Both the position numbers and the translations under genes were made by a program. The notes beneath the pieces were generated by a model. That model was not told the DNA's origin. It made no database searches and saw only the letters and a list, made by a program, of their open reading frames with translations. DNA of 64,000 nucleotides, from contig NC_083429.1 of assembly GCF_020745735.1 (NCBI RefSeq), positions 25,277,877 through 25,341,876 on the forward strand. Direction: 5' to 3'. Shown in pieces: positions 61,132 through 64,000 of this stretch. Positions within the stretch are counted from its first letter, which is position 1. Each line of letters opens with the position of its first letter. The DNA comes from Hemiscyllium ocellatum. Its lineage: Eukaryota.

Positions 61132-63265
61132 ATGATCTGGGCCATTTAAAGTTGACTTACAAGCCAATTAATACCTTTCCTTGTGTGCTATAAATTATTC
61201 TGATGCATTGAAATTTGGTATTCCTGCTCTTGTCCCAATGAATGGAAGATAAAAGCCTTCAGCAACATGTCTCTCTTTTCAGCAATATTCAGCTTTTATA
61301 AAGTGTAACCGAGCAGCCTTTTCCTCAATTGTCTACAATACTTCTCTACCTTATTAAACTGCACTTTAAAACATCATGCAACAGGATAATCACTAATGCA
61401 GTGGTATCACCATGGCTTCAGTTGTATTACTACCCCTGTCTGAGAGACAACCATCCAGGTGCCTTTATGGATGTGTAGCAGGAGAGGCAGCATCAGCCTT
61501 GAATGACTCTAAAACTTTTGCATTCTAAAGGTCTAGTACAGCCAATGCTCAATTCCAAGTGACTTCAGGGTAAATACTGTCCACACAATGGATGAAAAAT
61601 AATAGAATGACTAATAGAAGCAATGACAATTAAATGTAGACTTTAGGCAGCAGGTTTGCTATTTGGAATTTTTTAGATAATTCACTCAAAACAAAAGCCT
61701 GGCATGTTTGATCCAAAGCAGGATAGCTGGCACCTGTCCCATGGGATCAAAGATCCAAGTCCCAAGGAAGAGAACAGGACTCTAATTTAACTCTTTGTTG
61801 ATTTTACAATAATAGCCCTGTTCTTTTTAATGAAAATTATAATTTGCACCCTTTGGGTATGCTTATTAACAAGGATATTTGAAGTCAATTTCAAAAGCAC
61901 AAATTGTAGGAATCTTTGATTTGGAAAGGCTTTTTTTTTAAAGAGTTAAGGTGCATTTGCGTGTCAATATCACCTCTGGCACCAGGACAGATGCTAACAC
62001 ATCAGTTTTATGTTGACTTTGGTACTCCAACTTCTGATGTCGCCATAGTGATAGACATTTGAATTATAATGCGCACTCGTCTTGGCAAAACAGCAACCTT
62101 GACTTTTAACCTCAGGAATAGGAACAGGCTTTCTGATTACAATCAGCCAATTTGCATGACACAAAGGGACATCAGTGCTGGCGAACCATTGGCGTGTCTG
62201 TCAGAAAAACAGAGTTTGCCCATTAGCAGATTGTAAAACATCAATAGCGCTTGCAATGGGAGAGCAAGGGAGCTGACACTGCCAAGAATGAAGTTGGACA
62301 ACACTGTCTGGTAAAGATGTCCTGATGATTCTGTCAGCTTTGAACCCTCTCAGTGACCCCTCAGTGGCAGTGAGGCAGCTGCCTGCAGAATACACCAGGA
62401 ACCTATCTCTGCCAGAGAGAGCCTGACCTTTGAGTCAATAAGCTGAGAGGCTTCTCATAAAAAAATATAGCTGGCCAGAATTCACAGACCAGCCTCAAAC
62501 GTTCAAAATAGACAACAATGTCCATTGACTGACAGACGACTGGACAGGTTGGGGCGATTTTCTCTAGAAAAGAGAGTGCTTGGAAGGTGGACGAATAAAT
62601 ATCTTTAAAATTATGAAAGGCTTTAGCTTAATAGATCAAGCCACATTTCCACTTGCTGATCAAAATGAATGGCTATAATAGAACATAGTCACTATGAAAC
62701 TATAAAGAATTGAGAAAATGACTATTGTCCCATATGTTGGCTAGAACGTGCTAGCTGCCAACATATAGTGAAGGACAGGGATGTAGTTAGTTAGATTAAT
62801 GCAGAGGAAAGGGAACTAAAAGGAATTGAAGGGTAAGATGAATAAGGGATGGGAAGAGGCTCATGTGGAGTGTAAAGCAGAAGGACGAAGCGGGTTGCTA
62901 CATTGCTGTAAAATCTTAATGTATAAGAGATATAAACCTTTTAAACTGCTCCTGCACAAATGATCAGGATTACCAGATTACCAGACCAAGTGAAAAAATT
63001 CATATAAAATCTTATACAAGCCCACAACCCTGTCACATTCTGCAAAAATGCCAACTCTGTCACTTCTTTCAACTTCTCTTTCAGGTTACGTTTTGAAATC
63101 CTTCATTCATAAGGAGACTTTGGGATGTGTGGGTCTCAAGCAATCTCCTACAATTCATCCAAACAGAGTCTTCACTTGTCAGTCTGCCTGGCATGAGCTA
63201 ACAAGATGTGTGACCTTGAGGGGGCACCACAGCCTGTCCTTGCCTGGCAAGTACACACGCATTTC

Positions 63266-63283
63266 TTCCACCAGGGGGCAATA
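63266..63283 (+). promoter_or_regulatory. CTCF-like binding motif
   Basis: ttCCACCAGGGGGCAat closely matches the CTCF core consensus CCACCAGGGGGCGC. Lies in non-repeat DNA. Confidence 0.5.
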
Positions 63284-63349
63284 GCTTGCAGACAGCTGCG
63301 AGAGACCTTGACCATTGTTCCCTAATGAGGCTGAAACCACTTGATGGGC

Positions 63350-64000
63350 CATCACCACAACTCCCTCTCCAGTCAACCATAAATCCACCAAAACAATCAC
63401 CTTCCCCACCAACACGACCAAATCTCCACACAACCAATAACCCCTCCTTCACCACCCCAACCTGTTACTTATTATCACAACCCATTCCCTGAACACCAAA
63501 CCTTTCCCCATCATCACAACCCACTCCTCCATCACCACACCCCTTGCCCATCATTACAACCTCACTCCCCATCATTACAACCTCTCCCCCATCATCACAA
63601 CCCCCAACCTCGTTATAACATCCTGCCTCATCATTACAACACCACCAGCTGTCACCACAACCCCCTCCCCAATACGACAACACCGTGTCCACCGAACCAT
63701 AAACCTACCAAAGCAACCACTTTCCCCACTAACTCAATGCACTCTCCAGCCAACCACAAACCCAGCAAAACGACCCCCTTCCCCAATATCATAACCTCCA
63801 TTATTACAGATCCTCCTCCACCATCGCAACTGCTTCCTCACTACCACAACCCTATTAATCATCACAATCCACACCCAGAACACCACAGCCATTCCCTCCT
63901 CATCATAACCCCTCCCTTATTACAATCCCTGCCACGTCGTTACAACCTCCTACTCCAACATTACAACTCATTCCCCTATCATCACAACACCCTCCATCAT
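63350..64000. repeat. Degenerate C/A-rich tandem repeat (cccatcatYacaacc, ~21-bp period)
   Basis: Repeated ccatcatcacaac / cattacaacc units with extreme strand skew. Runs to the window end. Confidence 0.8.

Overview
This is non-coding vertebrate DNA. The repeat content points to a cartilaginous fish, probably a shark (inferred from HE1-type V-SINEs and CR1/HER1-type LINEs that share their 3' tails). I found no convincing host protein-coding exon. The longer ORFs are decayed retroelement fragments (CR1, Rex1/Babar, RTE, L2, ERV pol/env) or chance frames. The most interesting signal is a set of about 15 short Penelope-like pseudo-LTR insertions from at least four sequence families. Most are head-to-head palindromes of about 200-230 bp with 14-20 bp target-site duplications. 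Nearly all carry an intact or decayed minimal type I hammerhead ribozyme motif (CTGANGA-A-stem II-GAAA-palindromic helix III-NUH) at or near the hairpin centre, and the helices covary between families. A Penelope GIY-YIG C-terminus followed by the same motif (42458-42915) links them to their autonomous parent. The window also holds an internally deleted endogenous retrovirus with gamma-type env (43132-46191), in which about 220 bp of env is copied in inverted orientation into the integrase. Other contents: a 31-bp minisatellite derived from a LINE 3' UTR (37290-38080), several multi-level TE nests, a pogo/Tigger-like MITE, a solo LTR, a CTCF-like motif, and several repeat-free, motif-rich blocks that may be conserved enhancers. 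All coordinates were read by eye and are approximate to a few bp for old repeats.
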